A DNA stretch of 64,000 nucleotides from Spirochaetales bacterium (GTDB lineage: Bacteria; Spirochaetota; Spirochaetia; JABMQR01). Both the position numbers and the translations under genes were made by a program. Positions within the stretch are counted from its first letter, which is position 1. Every line of letters begins with the position of its first letter. A model generated the notes under the pieces. It searched no databases and had not been told where the DNA came from. It saw nothing but the letters and a program-made list of their open reading frames with translations. Shown here piece after piece: positions 18,263-29,123 of this stretch. The stretch covers positions 1,019 to 65,018 of the forward strand of contig JAGYPA010000001.1 of assembly GCA_018399255.1 (NCBI GenBank). Direction: 5' to 3'.

Positions 18263-18294
18263 GGATTATTTTCAAGCGGTAACTTAGAACGCCA

Positions 18295-20301
18295 TTACTC
18301 CCTGCCGGCACCAAGCCTGGCTCTGATTCCGGCAAAATAGTCGGAAGCCGCAGATGAATCGGCAATGGTATCTTCCTTGACCTTCCCGATAACATCTTTC
18401 GGCAGCTCTTCAAGAAACCTTGAAGGCTGGGAATCCGTCTGTTCCCGCAGCACCTTTCTTGTCCGGGCACTGGTCATAAAAAGATTTTCCCTGGCCCTGG
18501 TTATGGCGACATAGAATAAGCGCCGTTCCTCCTCGATGCTTTCAGGGTTTTCTTCAATCGCCCGTTTGTGCGGGATAATATGGTCTTCCACACCTGCAAG
18601 AAAAACCGTTTGAAATTCCAGCCCTTTAGAAGCATGGATTGTCATCAGATTTACTTTTCCGCGCTCCTGGTCAGGTTCACTCTTTCCTTTGAGAGAAATT
18701 GAATTCAAAAAATCATACAATCCTTTCTTCATTGAATCAGGATTGTTTTCCCAGTTATTAATAATGTTGATGAAGATATCAATATTTTTCATTTTCCATT
18801 GGGCCAGATTTTCATTACCCGGATGTTCCGCAATAATATGATTTTTATAGGAAATAGAGGAAAGCATATCTGATACCACTGGACCAAACTTTTTGCTTGA
18901 AAATACTAATCGTCTATAATTCTCAATATGATCAACTAATTCAGACACTTTTATCCGGATTGATTCCCGTATGCTTATATCAGCGGCATGACTCACGGCA
19001 GTCATAGCCGAAAACAGGGAATAGTTGTGATTCTCAGAAAGACCCCTCAAATATTCTAATGTAGATTTGCCGATCCCTCGTCTAGGGGTATTGATAACCC
19101 TCAGCAGGCTCATATCGTCATCAGGATTAGCAAGTATGCGCAGATAGGAAATAATATCCTTTATCTCTTTACGTTGGAAAAAACTTTGCCCCCCGGAAAC
19201 CTTGTAGGGTATAGAAGCCGCAAGGAAAGCCCTTTCGATTCCGGTAATAAGGTTGTTTGTGCGAACCAGTACACCAAAGTTATCATACCTCAACTGATGA
19301 CGGATAAGCAGTTCACGAATTTTATCGCCTATAAAATCTGCCTCTTCCTGCTCATCTTCAGGATGGAAAAGCGCGATAATTCCATTATTTCCCGTTCCTG
19401 TCCAGAGATTCTTATCCTTCCTGTTGGTGTTGTTGCTAATCAGGCTGTTGGCAATTTTGATAATTGAACCGGTAGAGCGGTAGTTCTGTTCCAGCTTGAT
19501 TTCGCGGCACTCAGGAAAATCCTCTTCAAACTTGACAATATTTCGATAGTCGGCTCCCCGCCAGGAATAGATAGACTGATCATCATCACCGACGACACAA
19601 ATATTACGGTGTTTTTCAGCCAGCTGTTTTACCACTGCATACTGCTGCAGGGAAGTGTCCTGAAACTCATCAACCAGTATATACTGGAACTTCTTACGGT
19701 AGTATTCGAGAACCTCCGGATGCTTTGCAAAAAGAGCGAGAGGCTGCATGATCAGATCATCAAAATCAACGGCATTGTAGAGCTTGAGATGAGCATTGTA
19801 TTCTTCAAATATCGGCCTGACCGAAAGGGTTTCACCTGAAAATTGAGTGCGGCCGGTTTTAACAGCCGAAATAGTCCCGGCAAGCTCGTAAAGATCAGTC
19901 TCTTTCGGATCTATCTTGAGCTCGGTGAGAACTGCCTTGAGCATACTCATCTGGTCCTGCTGATCATAAATCGTAAAGCGGGGGGCATATCCAAGTAATG
20001 TTCCATGCTTCTTGAGTACCGAAAGTCCAAAAGCATGAAAGGTAGATGCGGTAAGCTTTTTCAGAGATCGGCCAGTAACAAGCTGTATTCTTTCAGCCAT
20101 TTCCTCGGCAGCTTTATTGGTAAACGTCAGTGCAAGAATCTCGGATTGCGGAATCCCCTGTTCAAGCATATAGGCTATCCGATAGGTAATCATGCGGGTT
20201 TTTCCAGAACCCGCTCCCGCAATAATGAGAAGCGGTCCATGAATCGCCGCTGCGGCATCCGCCTGTTCAGGATTCAATTCTTCAGTAAGCTGCAGTGCCA
20301 T
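18295..20301 (-). CDS. pcrA: ATP-dependent DNA helicase, UvrD/PcrA/Rep family (SF1).
   Basis: Motif I AGAGSGKT, motif II VDEFQDT, plus motifs III-VI (YRST, VRTN, TIHASKGLEF). Confidence 0.9.
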   Translation of the reverse strand: MALQLTEELNPEQADAAAAIHGPLLIIAGAGSGKTRMITYRIAYMLEQGIPQSEILALTFTNKAAEEMAERIQLVTGRSLKKLTASTFHAFGLSVLKKHGTLLGYAPRFTIYDQQDQMSMLKAVLTELKIDPKETDLYELAGTISAVKTGRTQFSGETLSVRPIFEEYNAHLKLYNAVDFDDLIMQPLALFAKHPEVLEYYRKKFQYILVDEFQDTSLQQYAVVKQLAEKHRNICVVGDDDQSIYSWRGADYRNIVKFEEDFPECREIKLEQNYRSTGSIIKIANSLISNNTNRKDKNLWTGTGNNGIIALFHPEDEQEEADFIGDKIRELLIRHQLRYDNFGVLVRTNNLITGIERAFLAASIPYKVSGGQSFFQRKEIKDIISYLRILANPDDDMSLLRVINTPRRGIGKSTLEYLRGLSENHNYSLFSAMTAVSHAADISIRESIRIKVSELVDHIENYRRLVFSSKKFGPVVSDMLSSISYKNHIIAEHPGNENLAQWKMKNIDIFINIINNWENNPDSMKKGLYDFLNSISLKGKSEPDQERGKVNLMTIHASKGLEFQTVFLAGVEDHIIPHKRAIEENPESIEEERRLFYVAITRARENLFMTSARTRKVLREQTDSQPSRFLEELPKDVIGKVKEDTIADSSAASDYFAGIRARLGAGRE

Positions 20302-20336
20302 AGTGCTCAGTTCCTACATGTTTGTTTGTATGAGAA

Positions 20337-20819
20337 TTAATGGACATTTTTAATAAAGAGAGACCAGGATCCCTTGCCTGCCAGAAGCAGCAGCGAAATA
20401 ACCAGACCTGATATGACAACCCCGCCGACAGCCGCCAGAATTGTTTTTTTTCGATCGAGGCCGAGAATCCAGGCTCCAAGGGTACCAGTATAGGCGCCAG
20501 TGATGGGAAGGGGCACAGCAACAAAAAACATGACGCCCAAATACCCGAAACGTGCTATTTTCGGCTCCATTTTTCTTCTTGCCCGGGAAACTGTCCGGTC
20601 AAAAATATTCCTGTATATTCCCCAGCGATAGAAAAGCAGGTGAAATGTATCGAGAAAGAAAAAAACGAGGGGGGCAACCAGTGCATTGGCTCCCACAGCG
20701 ATAGCATAGGCAGCTAAAAGGGGAATCCCATTGAAAAATGCATACGGAATGGCCCCTCTCAGTTCCGAGATGGGAAGAAGCGATAAAAATATCGTTGTCA
20801 ATAGGTAAGATGCTTTCAT
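20337..20819 (-). CDS. Small integral membrane protein of the COG2426 'putative small multidrug export' type.
   Basis: 160 aa with 4-5 TM segments and an N-terminal ISELRGAIPYA motif typical of that family. It overlaps the upstream DUF362 gene by 4 bp. Confidence 0.55.
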   Translation of the reverse strand: MKASYLLTTIFLSLLPISELRGAIPYAFFNGIPLLAAYAIAVGANALVAPLVFFFLDTFHLLFYRWGIYRNIFDRTVSRARRKMEPKIARFGYLGVMFFVAVPLPITGAYTGTLGAWILGLDRKKTILAAVGGVVISGLVISLLLLAGKGSWSLFIKNVH

Positions 20820-21958
20820 TTACGTCTCCCTTGTTCTATGGTTATTGCATCGACCGGGCATATTTCATGACAGCAATAACATCTGATGCATTTGTTATAG
20901 TCAGCAACAGCAAATTCATGCTCGATTCCTTTAATTATAAGAGCGTCAGCAGGACAAATCTCCACACATTGGCCGCAGCCGATGCATCGTTCCTGATCAA
21001 ATATCGGTTTAGCCGCGGGTGTCGGCTTAATTATCCTGTTCTTAATAAAACCCAATGCAGTTTTTGCCAGACTGCTCCGGGATTCCTGGGAAATCCTCAG
21101 AAAGGAATCATCTCTGAACTCCTCAGGAGTCCCCTGAACAAAGGATATCTGATTCAGGCCGTCAGCGGTCAGCAGTTTTCTCTTTATTGCCTGCTGAATT
21201 ACTGGTATCGAAGCATAGTTATACCCCATAATATGAGCAGCTGCAAGGTCTAAAGCAATCCCGTCAGCTGAAGCCAGGATTAAGCCCATATACTTTGGGA
21301 TTCCGCTGTTCGGCCCGGGCCCTTCCATAGCGACAACTCCGTCCATGAGAGAAAAAACCGGTGCGGCAATTTCATAAAGATCAAGCAGCATGTCAGCAAA
21401 ACTGCTGCGATCTGGATAACGAAGGTGATAGGGACTTTTTCCCAGACCCGGAATAAGACCGAATAGATTTTTCACCGCGCCGGTCATGTACATTAATTGA
21501 TGAGTTTTCATCTTGGGAAGCGAAATGATGACATCACAATCACGTACTGCACTAGTTACCGTGAAGCTTCTTTTGACAGTAGATGAAGATGAAAATGAGG
21601 ATGATATTTTTACAGTTTTCTTTGAGAAATCTATCCATTCTGCACCGGATTCCTCACAAACCGTGCGCAGACCGGATTTTTTCCCCGTAAAAGAGGCGAG
21701 GTGAAGAGCAGGGGAATCTCCGACATACGGTACTCCCCCCAGCTGCCTGACAAAAGCAATTACCGCCAGCAGAATTTCCGGATGAGTAGTTACAGCCTGT
21801 TCAGGGGGAACGTCTGAGAGTATATTTGGTTTAATCAGGACTTTCTTGCCTCTGACATTTGGAAATCCAGCCTCAAAGCAGGCGGATTTAACTGCTTCAG
21901 ACACATGCAGGGGATCGTACGATTCACATTTCTGTAAGGCTACATATTTTCCCGCCAT
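20816..21958 (-). CDS. DUF362-domain iron-sulfur protein with a C-terminal 2x[4Fe-4S] ferredoxin domain.
   Basis: C-terminal CIGCGQCVEICP and CIRCYCCHEICP motifs. The N-terminal roughly 300 aa resemble DUF362. A start at MAGKYV is preferred. Confidence 0.7.
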   Translation of the reverse strand: MAGKYVALQKCESYDPLHVSEAVKSACFEAGFPNVRGKKVLIKPNILSDVPPEQAVTTHPEILLAVIAFVRQLGGVPYVGDSPALHLASFTGKKSGLRTVCEESGAEWIDFSKKTVKISSSFSSSSTVKRSFTVTSAVRDCDVIISLPKMKTHQLMYMTGAVKNLFGLIPGLGKSPYHLRYPDRSSFADMLLDLYEIAAPVFSLMDGVVAMEGPGPNSGIPKYMGLILASADGIALDLAAAHIMGYNYASIPVIQQAIKRKLLTADGLNQISFVQGTPEEFRDDSFLRISQESRSSLAKTALGFIKNRIIKPTPAAKPIFDQERCIGCGQCVEICPADALIIKGIEHEFAVADYNKCIRCYCCHEICPVDAITIEQGRRK

Positions 21959-22095
21959 CCGATTATCCTCCTCCAAGTATACAGTCCCGATCAGATTGAG
22001 ATAAGCCTACTGGAAAAATGCAATCTTGTCATGTAATCTGGCATTAATCTGGATTTGTATTGACATAATACCAAGAGGTGGCATAGAGTTTATTA

Positions 22096-22827
22096 ATGGA
22101 AAAAAACAGTGATTTTAAATTGATGTATGATCAGACATCTGAACAGGTTTCAGCAGTTGTGTTTGATCTGGATGGGACTTTGCTGAATACCATACCAGAT
22201 ATTGCACGGGCTTTTAACACGGTATTCAGCAAAAACGGACTGCCTGAGCATCCCCGGCAGGATTATAAGCATTTTGTAGGAAAGGGGCTGATGAATGCCC
22301 TGAAAAAAGCATTACCGGCTGATAGAACCTTATCTGCACCGGTATTGGAACAAATACTGCAGGAAATCCTTGTTGAATACCAGAAATATCCGCATTTAGA
22401 GACGATACCCTATCCTGGAATCCCTGAACTGCTGAAGGATCTGAATGCTGCGGGTATTCCCCTGGCTGTCCTTTCTAACAAGGATCATGTCCTGACTGTT
22501 CCGATAACAAAAGAATGTCTTCCGGGAGTTGATTTTGCTGTTGTTCAGGGTAAATCCGATGATTATCCATTGAAACCCCATCCAGGGTCGGCAATAGCCA
22601 TAATTGACATTCTCAGCAGCACCCCAGGTCAGACTATGATGATTGGAGATTCTATCGTAGATTATCAGACTGCTCAGAATTCAGGCATGCAGCCGGTTCT
22701 GGTAGAGTGGGGATTCTCCGGGCGAGAGACACTGGTTTCTGAAGGCTGCAGTCCAATCGCTTCAACCGTAGATGAGCTGCGTGATGTAATTTTCAGCAGA
22801 CTCCGAAAAAAAGAAACCGTTTTTTAG
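22096..22827 (+). CDS. HAD-superfamily hydrolase, subfamily IA (phosphoglycolate-phosphatase-like).
   Basis: Motif I VVFDLDGTLLNT, motif II SNK, motif IV GDSIVD. Confidence 0.8.
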   Translation: MEKNSDFKLMYDQTSEQVSAVVFDLDGTLLNTIPDIARAFNTVFSKNGLPEHPRQDYKHFVGKGLMNALKKALPADRTLSAPVLEQILQEILVEYQKYPHLETIPYPGIPELLKDLNAAGIPLAVLSNKDHVLTVPITKECLPGVDFAVVQGKSDDYPLKPHPGSAIAIIDILSSTPGQTMMIGDSIVDYQTAQNSGMQPVLVEWGFSGRETLVSEGCSPIASTVDELRDVIFSRLRKKETVF

Positions 22828-22850
22828 ACCTTAATTAATTGGGGGAATCT

Positions 22851-24575
22851 ATGGATGATAAAAAAATTATGCTGTCTGCTTCCGAATATCTATCTCAGGA
22901 AACTGACGACCGTTTCACGGCCGAACTGAAAACCGTCTTGGAAAAAGATGATATTCATGAACTTCATGACCGATTCTATACCTCCCTGAAATTCGGAACA
23001 GCTGGAATGCGTGGGATTATTGGAGGCGGATTTAACAGGATCAACCCTCTGATAGTCAGGAAGGTCACGCAGGGTCTGGCTGACTACATAAAAAGTCATA
23101 ATACAGAGAATCCGGACAAAGTAGTCATTGCTTATGATTCCAGAAATTTTTCCCGTGAGTTTGCTGAGGCTGCTGCTGGAGTTCTGTGCGGCAATGGAAT
23201 AAAGGTATTTCTCTATTATGCGATTCGCCCTGTTCCCATGCTTTCTTTTGCGGTCAGGAAACTTGACGCACAGGCAGGCATAGTGATAACTGCCAGCCAC
23301 AATCCTCCTGCCTATAATGGGTATAAAGTCTACTGGTCAGATGGTGCCCAGGTGACCCCTCCCCATGATGACGGAATAGCAGAAAGTGCAGGCAGAATAT
23401 CATCTCCTGACATGATTTCCGAAATAAGTCTTTCAGCTGCCGAGGATAAAGGGGTGCTGGTCTGGCTGAATGAGGAATTTGATGAGCATTATTATACCAT
23501 GGTAAAAAAAACGCTTGTTCATCCGGAATTATTCAGTGACCGCAGTCTCACAGAAAAATATGCCGTTGTCTATACTCCTCTCCATGGTTCGGGTAGTGTT
23601 CCGGTGCAGAAAATTTGCGGTGATCTGGGAATCAGCTTGCACGTTGTAACCGAACAGGATGATGCTGACGGCAACTTCCCAACAGTTGAGCTGCCAAATC
23701 CTGAAGATCCGGGTGCTATGAAAATGGCTCTGGATCTGGGAGAAAAGGTTGGAGCGTCATTAATTATGGGTACGGATCCCGATGCTGACCGGTTGGGAAT
23801 AGCGGTTCCTTCCAGCAATGATAATGGCGGCTTTATTCTCCTTACCGGAAACCAGATAGCTTCCCTGCTCTGTGATTACATGATTGAACGGCTTAACTTG
23901 CCTGAAGGAGACAACAGCTCTTTTTACTGCGTAAAAAGTCTTGTTACTACCGACTTGTTTCGTAATATTGCAGAAAAACAGGGGGTGAAATGCATAGACA
24001 CCCTGACTGGTTTTAAATACATAGCTGAAGAGATAGCCAGAGGAGACCTTGCTGACGAGCGCTTTATTTGCGGAGCAGAAGAAAGCTTCGGATATCTGAC
24101 CAACAGTTCGGTTCGTGATAAAGATGCTGTATCAACCGTCGTTATTGTCATAGAAATGATGCTCTGGTATGCAAAAAATGGTTTTACTATTATTGAACGA
24201 CTTGAGGAGCTTTGGCGTAGATATGGCCGGTATGACGAGTCAGTGGTATCTAAAACACTCTCCGGGGCAAGCGGACTGAAAAAAATCGAGTCTATCCTGG
24301 AGAATATGCGAAAAGATCCTCCCGCTGAATTCGGGGGAATGGCGGTGACCGAATTTACCGATTTAGCACAAGGAACATCCGAGCTCCCAAAATCAAATGT
24401 ACTGATAATGCGGTTGGAAGGCGGCAGTAAACTGGTTGTACGTCCCAGCGGAACAGAGCCGAAAATAAAGTTTTATATTTTCTCTTATTGTGCCCCGGGG
24501 ACGGAGCATGCTGCTGAGATGAATCAGAAGAACACGCTGGCCATACAGCGTGCCATCGAGCACCTGCTTTATTGA
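22851..24575 (+). CDS. Phosphoglucomutase/phosphomannomutase family sugar mutase. An ATG start is preferred over the ORF-track TTG at 22839.
   Basis: Active-site Ser loop [17 protein letters not shown], metal-binding loop GTDPDADR, and the sugar-binding region CGAEESFG. Confidence 0.85.
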   Translation: MDDKKIMLSASEYLSQETDDRFTAELKTVLEKDDIHELHDRFYTSLKFGTAGMRGIIGGGFNRINPLIVRKVTQGLADYIKSHNTENPDKVVIAYDSRNFSREFAEAAAGVLCGNGIKVFLYYAIRPVPMLSFAVRKLDAQAGIVITASHNPPAYNGYKVYWSDGAQVTPPHDDGIAESAGRISSPDMISEISLSAAEDKGVLVWLNEEFDEHYYTMVKKTLVHPELFSDRSLTEKYAVVYTPLHGSGSVPVQKICGDLGISLHVVTEQDDADGNFPTVELPNPEDPGAMKMALDLGEKVGASLIMGTDPDADRLGIAVPSSNDNGGFILLTGNQIASLLCDYMIERLNLPEGDNSSFYCVKSLVTTDLFRNIAEKQGVKCIDTLTGFKYIAEEIARGDLADERFICGAEESFGYLTNSSVRDKDAVSTVVIVIEMMLWYAKNGFTIIERLEELWRRYGRYDESVVSKTLSGASGLKKIESILENMRKDPPAEFGGMAVTEFTDLAQGTSELPKSNVLIMRLEGGSKLVVRPSGTEPKIKFYIFSYCAPGTEHAAEMNQKNTLAIQRAIEHLLY

Positions 24576-25387
24576 ACCTGACCCTGGCCGGTTCTTTTCT
24601 CTTCACGGCATGTTCTGCGGAAAACAATGAGAGAACCTCCATGCCTGATAACATCCAGGCGGATACCATATAATTCAAACAACGTTTCACTTGTAAGAAT
24701 CTCTTCAGGAGGTCCGGCAGCGAAAATGCTGCCTTGATTGAGCATAACTGTAAAATCTGCGACCTGGGCTGCAGCAGACGGATCATGAGTTGAAAATAGA
24801 ACGGTTAACCCCCTGGAAGCCAGTACTGAAAGAATATCCAGAACCTTGCCAGTATTTGCTGGATCCAGATTGCTTGTCGGTTCGTCCAGCAAAATAATAT
24901 CAGGTTCCTGAGCCAGAGAACGTGCGAGTAAGACAAGCTGCCGCTCCCCGCTGCTCAGCGAAGTTACACTTCTATTACAAAAACTCTTCAAACCGACGGC
25001 ATGTAACGCCTCCATAGCGATTCTGGTATCAATTTCCCCCGGAATACCAATCTGGGGCAGGTAGGGTGCCCGGCCGAACATGACATAATCAAGAGTTGTA
25101 AAAGCAAATTGTACTGGTTCATTTTGAGGTACCAGACTTACCGTCCGACTGCGTTCCCGTTTATTCAACAATTGAATGCTTCTCCCATTAAGGGAAACCG
25201 TACCGCTGTCAGGAACCCTCCATCCAAGAAAAAGATCGAGAAGGGTGGTTTTTCCAGAACCGTTAGGTCCCAGTAAGGCCGTTACCGTTTTTCGCGGAAT
25301 AGCCACAGAAGCATCATTCAATGCTTTTTTGTTGGAAAATGGGTAGGTATATGATGCATGAACAACGGAAGCGGCGCTAGCGTTCAT
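24569..25387 (-). CDS. ABC transporter ATP-binding protein (FepC/FecE/BtuD-like; iron-chelate/cobalamin class).
   Basis: Walker [12 protein letters not shown], signature LSSGERQ, Walker B ILLLDEP. Confidence 0.85.
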   Translation of the reverse strand: MNASAASVVHASYTYPFSNKKALNDASVAIPRKTVTALLGPNGSGKTTLLDLFLGWRVPDSGTVSLNGRSIQLLNKRERSRTVSLVPQNEPVQFAFTTLDYVMFGRAPYLPQIGIPGEIDTRIAMEALHAVGLKSFCNRSVTSLSSGERQLVLLARSLAQEPDIILLDEPTSNLDPANTGKVLDILSVLASRGLTVLFSTHDPSAAAQVADFTVMLNQGSIFAAGPPEEILTSETLFELYGIRLDVIRHGGSLIVFRRTCREEKRTGQGQVQ

Positions 25388-26403
25388 AATGATTCACCTA
25401 ATCCTCTTGGAGAAGTAAGAATTACCATAAAAAGCAGGGCGCCGGTAATACTGGTAATAATACCAAGCGGAAGCTCTCCAGAAAGTAGAGTACGGCCTGC
25501 TGTATCGCTGAGAACTAAATACAAAGACCCTGTCAGCATAGTCAGGGGAAGTGCCTGTCTGGAGTTAGCCCCGATTATTCTTCGAGCAATATGTGGAACA
25601 ATCAGTCCTATCCATCCAACAAGCCCGATTACAGAAATTGCGGCAGCTGTCCCGGCTGTAGCCGTCAGCAGAATAAAGCGCTTTTCCCATTTAGGGGATA
25701 TCCCAGAAGAAAAAGCCGTTCTATCATCGAGCGAGAGAATATTTATTCTCCACCTGAATAAAAACATGATAATCAAACTGGCAGAACAGACAGGCAGAAT
25801 GCTGAAAAATGTTTGCCAGTCTGCATTCCACAATCCTCCTAGAAGCCAGAAGGTTATATCCTGAAGCTGGCTGAGGGGATCTGCCATATATTTTATAAAA
25901 CCAAGCCCGGAAGAAAAAATAGCTGATACGGCAATGCCGGCAAGAACCAGACGTAGAATCCATCCTCCAAAATGAAAATGAGAAGCTAAATACAGGGAAA
26001 GGATAAGACCGGCTAAAGCAAAAAAGAAAGCACTTGTCTGAATAATTGCAGGAGAATAACCGAATAGAAGAATTGACCCGGCAGCTCCAAATGCAGCTCC
26101 CTGAGAAACACCAAGGAATCCCGGTTCAACAAGCGGGTTCGCAAACAGCATCTGAAAGACAAATCCAGATGCTGCCAGAACCGCCCCTGTAAGCACCGCC
26201 GTAAGAATTCTCGGCATTCTTATTAGCGTAATGATTTTCAGCAGTAACGTGTTTTCTGGTTGAAACGCTGCGAAAGAAATTCCCGGTACCGGGTATCTCC
26301 CCGTAAAGAGAGCCAGAAACATGCTGAGAATCAGGACTGCTGCGATTACTGCAAAAGTGCGCACGGTAGAATTATACCGTTGAAAGCGCTTATGATGCCC
26401 CAT
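25384..26403 (-). CDS. ABC transporter permease, FecCD/BtuC family.
   Basis: 339 aa with about 9-10 TM segments. Its 4-bp overlaps place it in an operon between the ATPase and the binding protein. Confidence 0.8.
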   Translation of the reverse strand: MGHHKRFQRYNSTVRTFAVIAAVLILSMFLALFTGRYPVPGISFAAFQPENTLLLKIITLIRMPRILTAVLTGAVLAASGFVFQMLFANPLVEPGFLGVSQGAAFGAAGSILLFGYSPAIIQTSAFFFALAGLILSLYLASHFHFGGWILRLVLAGIAVSAIFSSGLGFIKYMADPLSQLQDITFWLLGGLWNADWQTFFSILPVCSASLIIMFLFRWRINILSLDDRTAFSSGISPKWEKRFILLTATAGTAAAISVIGLVGWIGLIVPHIARRIIGANSRQALPLTMLTGSLYLVLSDTAGRTLLSGELPLGIITSITGALLFMVILTSPRGLGESL

Positions 26404-26405
26404 AA

Positions 26406-27569
26406 TTACTCGATTGTTTTCAATGAGCTGCTGAAACGGGAAAGCAGCTCTTCAATAATGGCTGGATCATCTATATTATATAAATCTCGGTAAAAAGATG
26501 ATACTTGTGCCTCAATCTGCAAGTCGGCAAACAGTTCCGGGTGAAGATTCTTGGCAAGCCACTGCAGCCCGAGTATCCATCTGGTGTCAGGCTGGGCCCA
26601 ATTATGGAAATCAGCCGGAAACGTTGAAATATATCCATTTCTATAAGCAGAAAGGTTTTCCCACAATGAAGACTGCTGTATCTCCTCAAGGTATACAGCA
26701 GCCGGCTTGTTGTAGCTGATAATATAGATGCGATCAGGGTCCCATGCCGATATCTGTTCAAAGCTTACCAGCTGCCAATTATTGGTTACTGCCGAATCTG
26801 CCCAGACAGGATTTCCGCCGGCCTCTCTGGTTATGAATGTCTGAATCCAGGCTGCCGGAGGAATCTGGAAAGATGTAATACCGTCTGATGAATTTGCATA
26901 GAGCAGCAGAATATCTTCTTTTTCTTCAGGAGAGAGCAGCTCAATGCGACTTGAAACGGTTTCCAGCCAGCTTTCATATAACTGTACGATGTTCCGGGCA
27001 GTCTCCTGTTCAGAAAAAAGATTGCCAAGCTCTATAATTTCATCAATATAATCCTCAGGGTTTTCGAGAGACATAGCGAATACCGGTATTCCGAGTTTTT
27101 CAAGTTGTTTGCCAATGGAATTGTAATTACGATCTTTAATGATTACCAGATCCGGAGAAGTCCCGGCAATCTCCTCAGCGCTTACGGTGTGGGGCATCCG
27201 GTCTTGCACATTAGACAGATACAATGTATAAAAATCTCCCAGACCCTGATTTGTAATCCCTAATGCCTTAATACTCTTATTGTAAGATTCAAAAAGAACT
27301 ACTGCATCTGCGGGGATCAATGTTGCTTTACCTGCTATAACAATCGATTCAGGTCGTTTTTTCAGCGTAACCTGATTCCCCAAAGAATCGATGCCGGAAT
27401 AGATTCTGCTGTCATTCTCAACCGATGCGGAAACAGGGGAAGTGGAAGCTTCTGCTGTCCCGCCGGCAAAAGCAGACATCGATAGAAGTATTCCGATTAT
27501 TCCTGTCAAAAGGGATAGAGTCTTTTTCCCGAGCCTGAAATTTAAAACCATTTTTGAATGATGCTGCAT
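26406..27569 (-). CDS. Periplasmic substrate-binding protein (class III, iron-siderophore/heme/cobalamin type) with a signal peptide or lipobox.
   Basis: N-terminal hydrophobic signal (LLTGIIGILLSMSAFAGG). It is the first gene of the SBP-permease-ATPase operon. Confidence 0.7.
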   Translation of the reverse strand: MQHHSKMVLNFRLGKKTLSLLTGIIGILLSMSAFAGGTAEASTSPVSASVENDSRIYSGIDSLGNQVTLKKRPESIVIAGKATLIPADAVVLFESYNKSIKALGITNQGLGDFYTLYLSNVQDRMPHTVSAEEIAGTSPDLVIIKDRNYNSIGKQLEKLGIPVFAMSLENPEDYIDEIIELGNLFSEQETARNIVQLYESWLETVSSRIELLSPEEKEDILLLYANSSDGITSFQIPPAAWIQTFITREAGGNPVWADSAVTNNWQLVSFEQISAWDPDRIYIISYNKPAAVYLEEIQQSSLWENLSAYRNGYISTFPADFHNWAQPDTRWILGLQWLAKNLHPELFADLQIEAQVSSFYRDLYNIDDPAIIEELLSRFSSSLKTIE

Positions 27570-27749
27570 AAAGAAGCTCCTCTTTGAAAATAAATGAGTA
27601 TTGGATCAGTTGGTAGAATCCTGACCATCCTATCATTATACATACAGAAACACAATGGGAAAATTATAATAAAATCCATGATTCCTCCGCAGATTACCCG
27701 GAATTCCTTGATTGCAAAAAAAAGTGATAACCTGTACTCTCTATAAACC

Positions 27750-29123
27750 ATGTTTGGTATTTTGTGCATTAAAAAAGATGAACGGAGCCCTGTCGTGATA
27801 AAAACAGAACTGGCCAACAGCTTGGAGCAAGTCAAAGCCAACCAGAAAATTCTGGCAGTATCAAGCAGAGAGGATAGAGATGCTTATCTGTCTGCAGTCG
27901 CCGAAAGTCTCAGAAATAGAGGCGAAGCAGTATTCGAAGCAAACAGAAAGGATATTGAACGAGCTGAGAAAGAACACATCGCTGAACCCCTGATTAAGCG
28001 CCTGTTATTTGATAAAGTTAAAATGGATTCAGTTCTGGCCGGAATAGACCAGGTAATCAGTTTACCCGATCCAAACAATAGGATTCTTGAAGCCCGGGAA
28101 CTGGATGAGGGACTGATATTAAAGCGGGTCAGCTGCCCGATAGGCGTAATCGGCATGATCTTTGAATCCCGGCCAGATGCCCTCATACAGATAGCCTCTC
28201 TTTGCATAAAAAGCGGCAATGGAATTGTTCTCAAGGGAGGGTCTGAGGCTGCAGAAACAAACAGGATGCTGGCATCCATATTTCAGGAAACTGCTGCAGC
28301 CAAAACAGGAGGAAGCATTCCTCAAGACTGGATGTATCTTCTGGAAACCAGAGATCAGGTTAAGGAAATGCTGACTTTGGATACTTTCATAGACCTCCTC
28401 ATTCCCCGCGGTTCTAATGAATTTGTAAGATATATAATGGATAATACAACGATCCCTGTGCTTGGCCACGCAGAAGGTATCTGTCACAGTTATATCGATG
28501 CTGATGCGGACATTCATAAAGCGGTACGCATAACGATAGATGCAAAAAGCCAGTATCCAGCCGTCTGCAATGCTCTTGAAACCCTGCTGGTGAATCGTCA
28601 GATCGCTCCGGAATTTTTACCTCCGCTGGCTGAAGCGATGAAGAAGGTCGGAGTCGAACTTCGTGGAGATGCAGCCGTATGCTCCATTATTGACTGCCTG
28701 CCTGCTGTAGAATCTGATTGGAGTACCGAGTATCTTGACCTGATTCTCTCGATAAAAATTGTCGACAGCTTTGAGGATGCCGTAAATCACATTCATACGT
28801 ACGGATCGGGCCATACCGATTCAATCATAACTGAATCACTGGCTCAGGCAGAGCTGTTTATGCAGACTGTTGACTCTGCTGATGTCATGTGGAACTGCAG
28901 CACCCGATTTTCCGATGGCTTCCGCTATGGACTTGGGGCTGAAGTCGGTATCAGTACGTTGAAAATCCATGCACGGGGACCGGTCGGCCTGGAGGGCCTC
29001 ATGAGCTATAAATGGAAGCTCTACGGCAGCGGGCAAATTGCCGCTGACTATACAGGTCAAAATCCACGGAAATTTACCCATAAAAACATTCTTCAGGAGC
29101 AGGGGCGTGGATCGCAGGATTGA
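27750..29123 (+). CDS. proA: Gamma-glutamyl phosphate reductase. The true start is probably the GTG near 27795 (VIKTELANSL), with GGAG 7 nt upstream; the N-terminal 15 aa of the ORF-track call are doubtful.
   Basis: Aldehyde-dehydrogenase-fold ProA blocks (PIGVIGMIFESRPDA, the catalytic Cys region CNALETLL). Confidence 0.85.
   Translation: MFGILCIKKDERSPVVIKTELANSLEQVKANQKILAVSSREDRDAYLSAVAESLRNRGEAVFEANRKDIERAEKEHIAEPLIKRLLFDKVKMDSVLAGIDQVISLPDPNNRILEARELDEGLILKRVSCPIGVIGMIFESRPDALIQIASLCIKSGNGIVLKGGSEAAETNRMLASIFQETAAAKTGGSIPQDWMYLLETRDQVKEMLTLDTFIDLLIPRGSNEFVRYIMDNTTIPVLGHAEGICHSYIDADADIHKAVRITIDAKSQYPAVCNALETLLVNRQIAPEFLPPLAEAMKKVGVELRGDAAVCSIIDCLPAVESDWSTEYLDLILSIKIVDSFEDAVNHIHTYGSGHTDSIITESLAQAELFMQTVDSADVMWNCSTRFSDGFRYGLGAEVGISTLKIHARGPVGLEGLMSYKWKLYGSGQIAADYTGQNPRKFTHKNILQEQGRGSQD

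Noticed and set aside
24355-24786. 143-aa ORF overlapping the convergent ends of the phosphohexomutase and ABC ATPase genes.
   Set aside because: It lies entirely within two well-supported genes on opposite strands, and has no features of its own.
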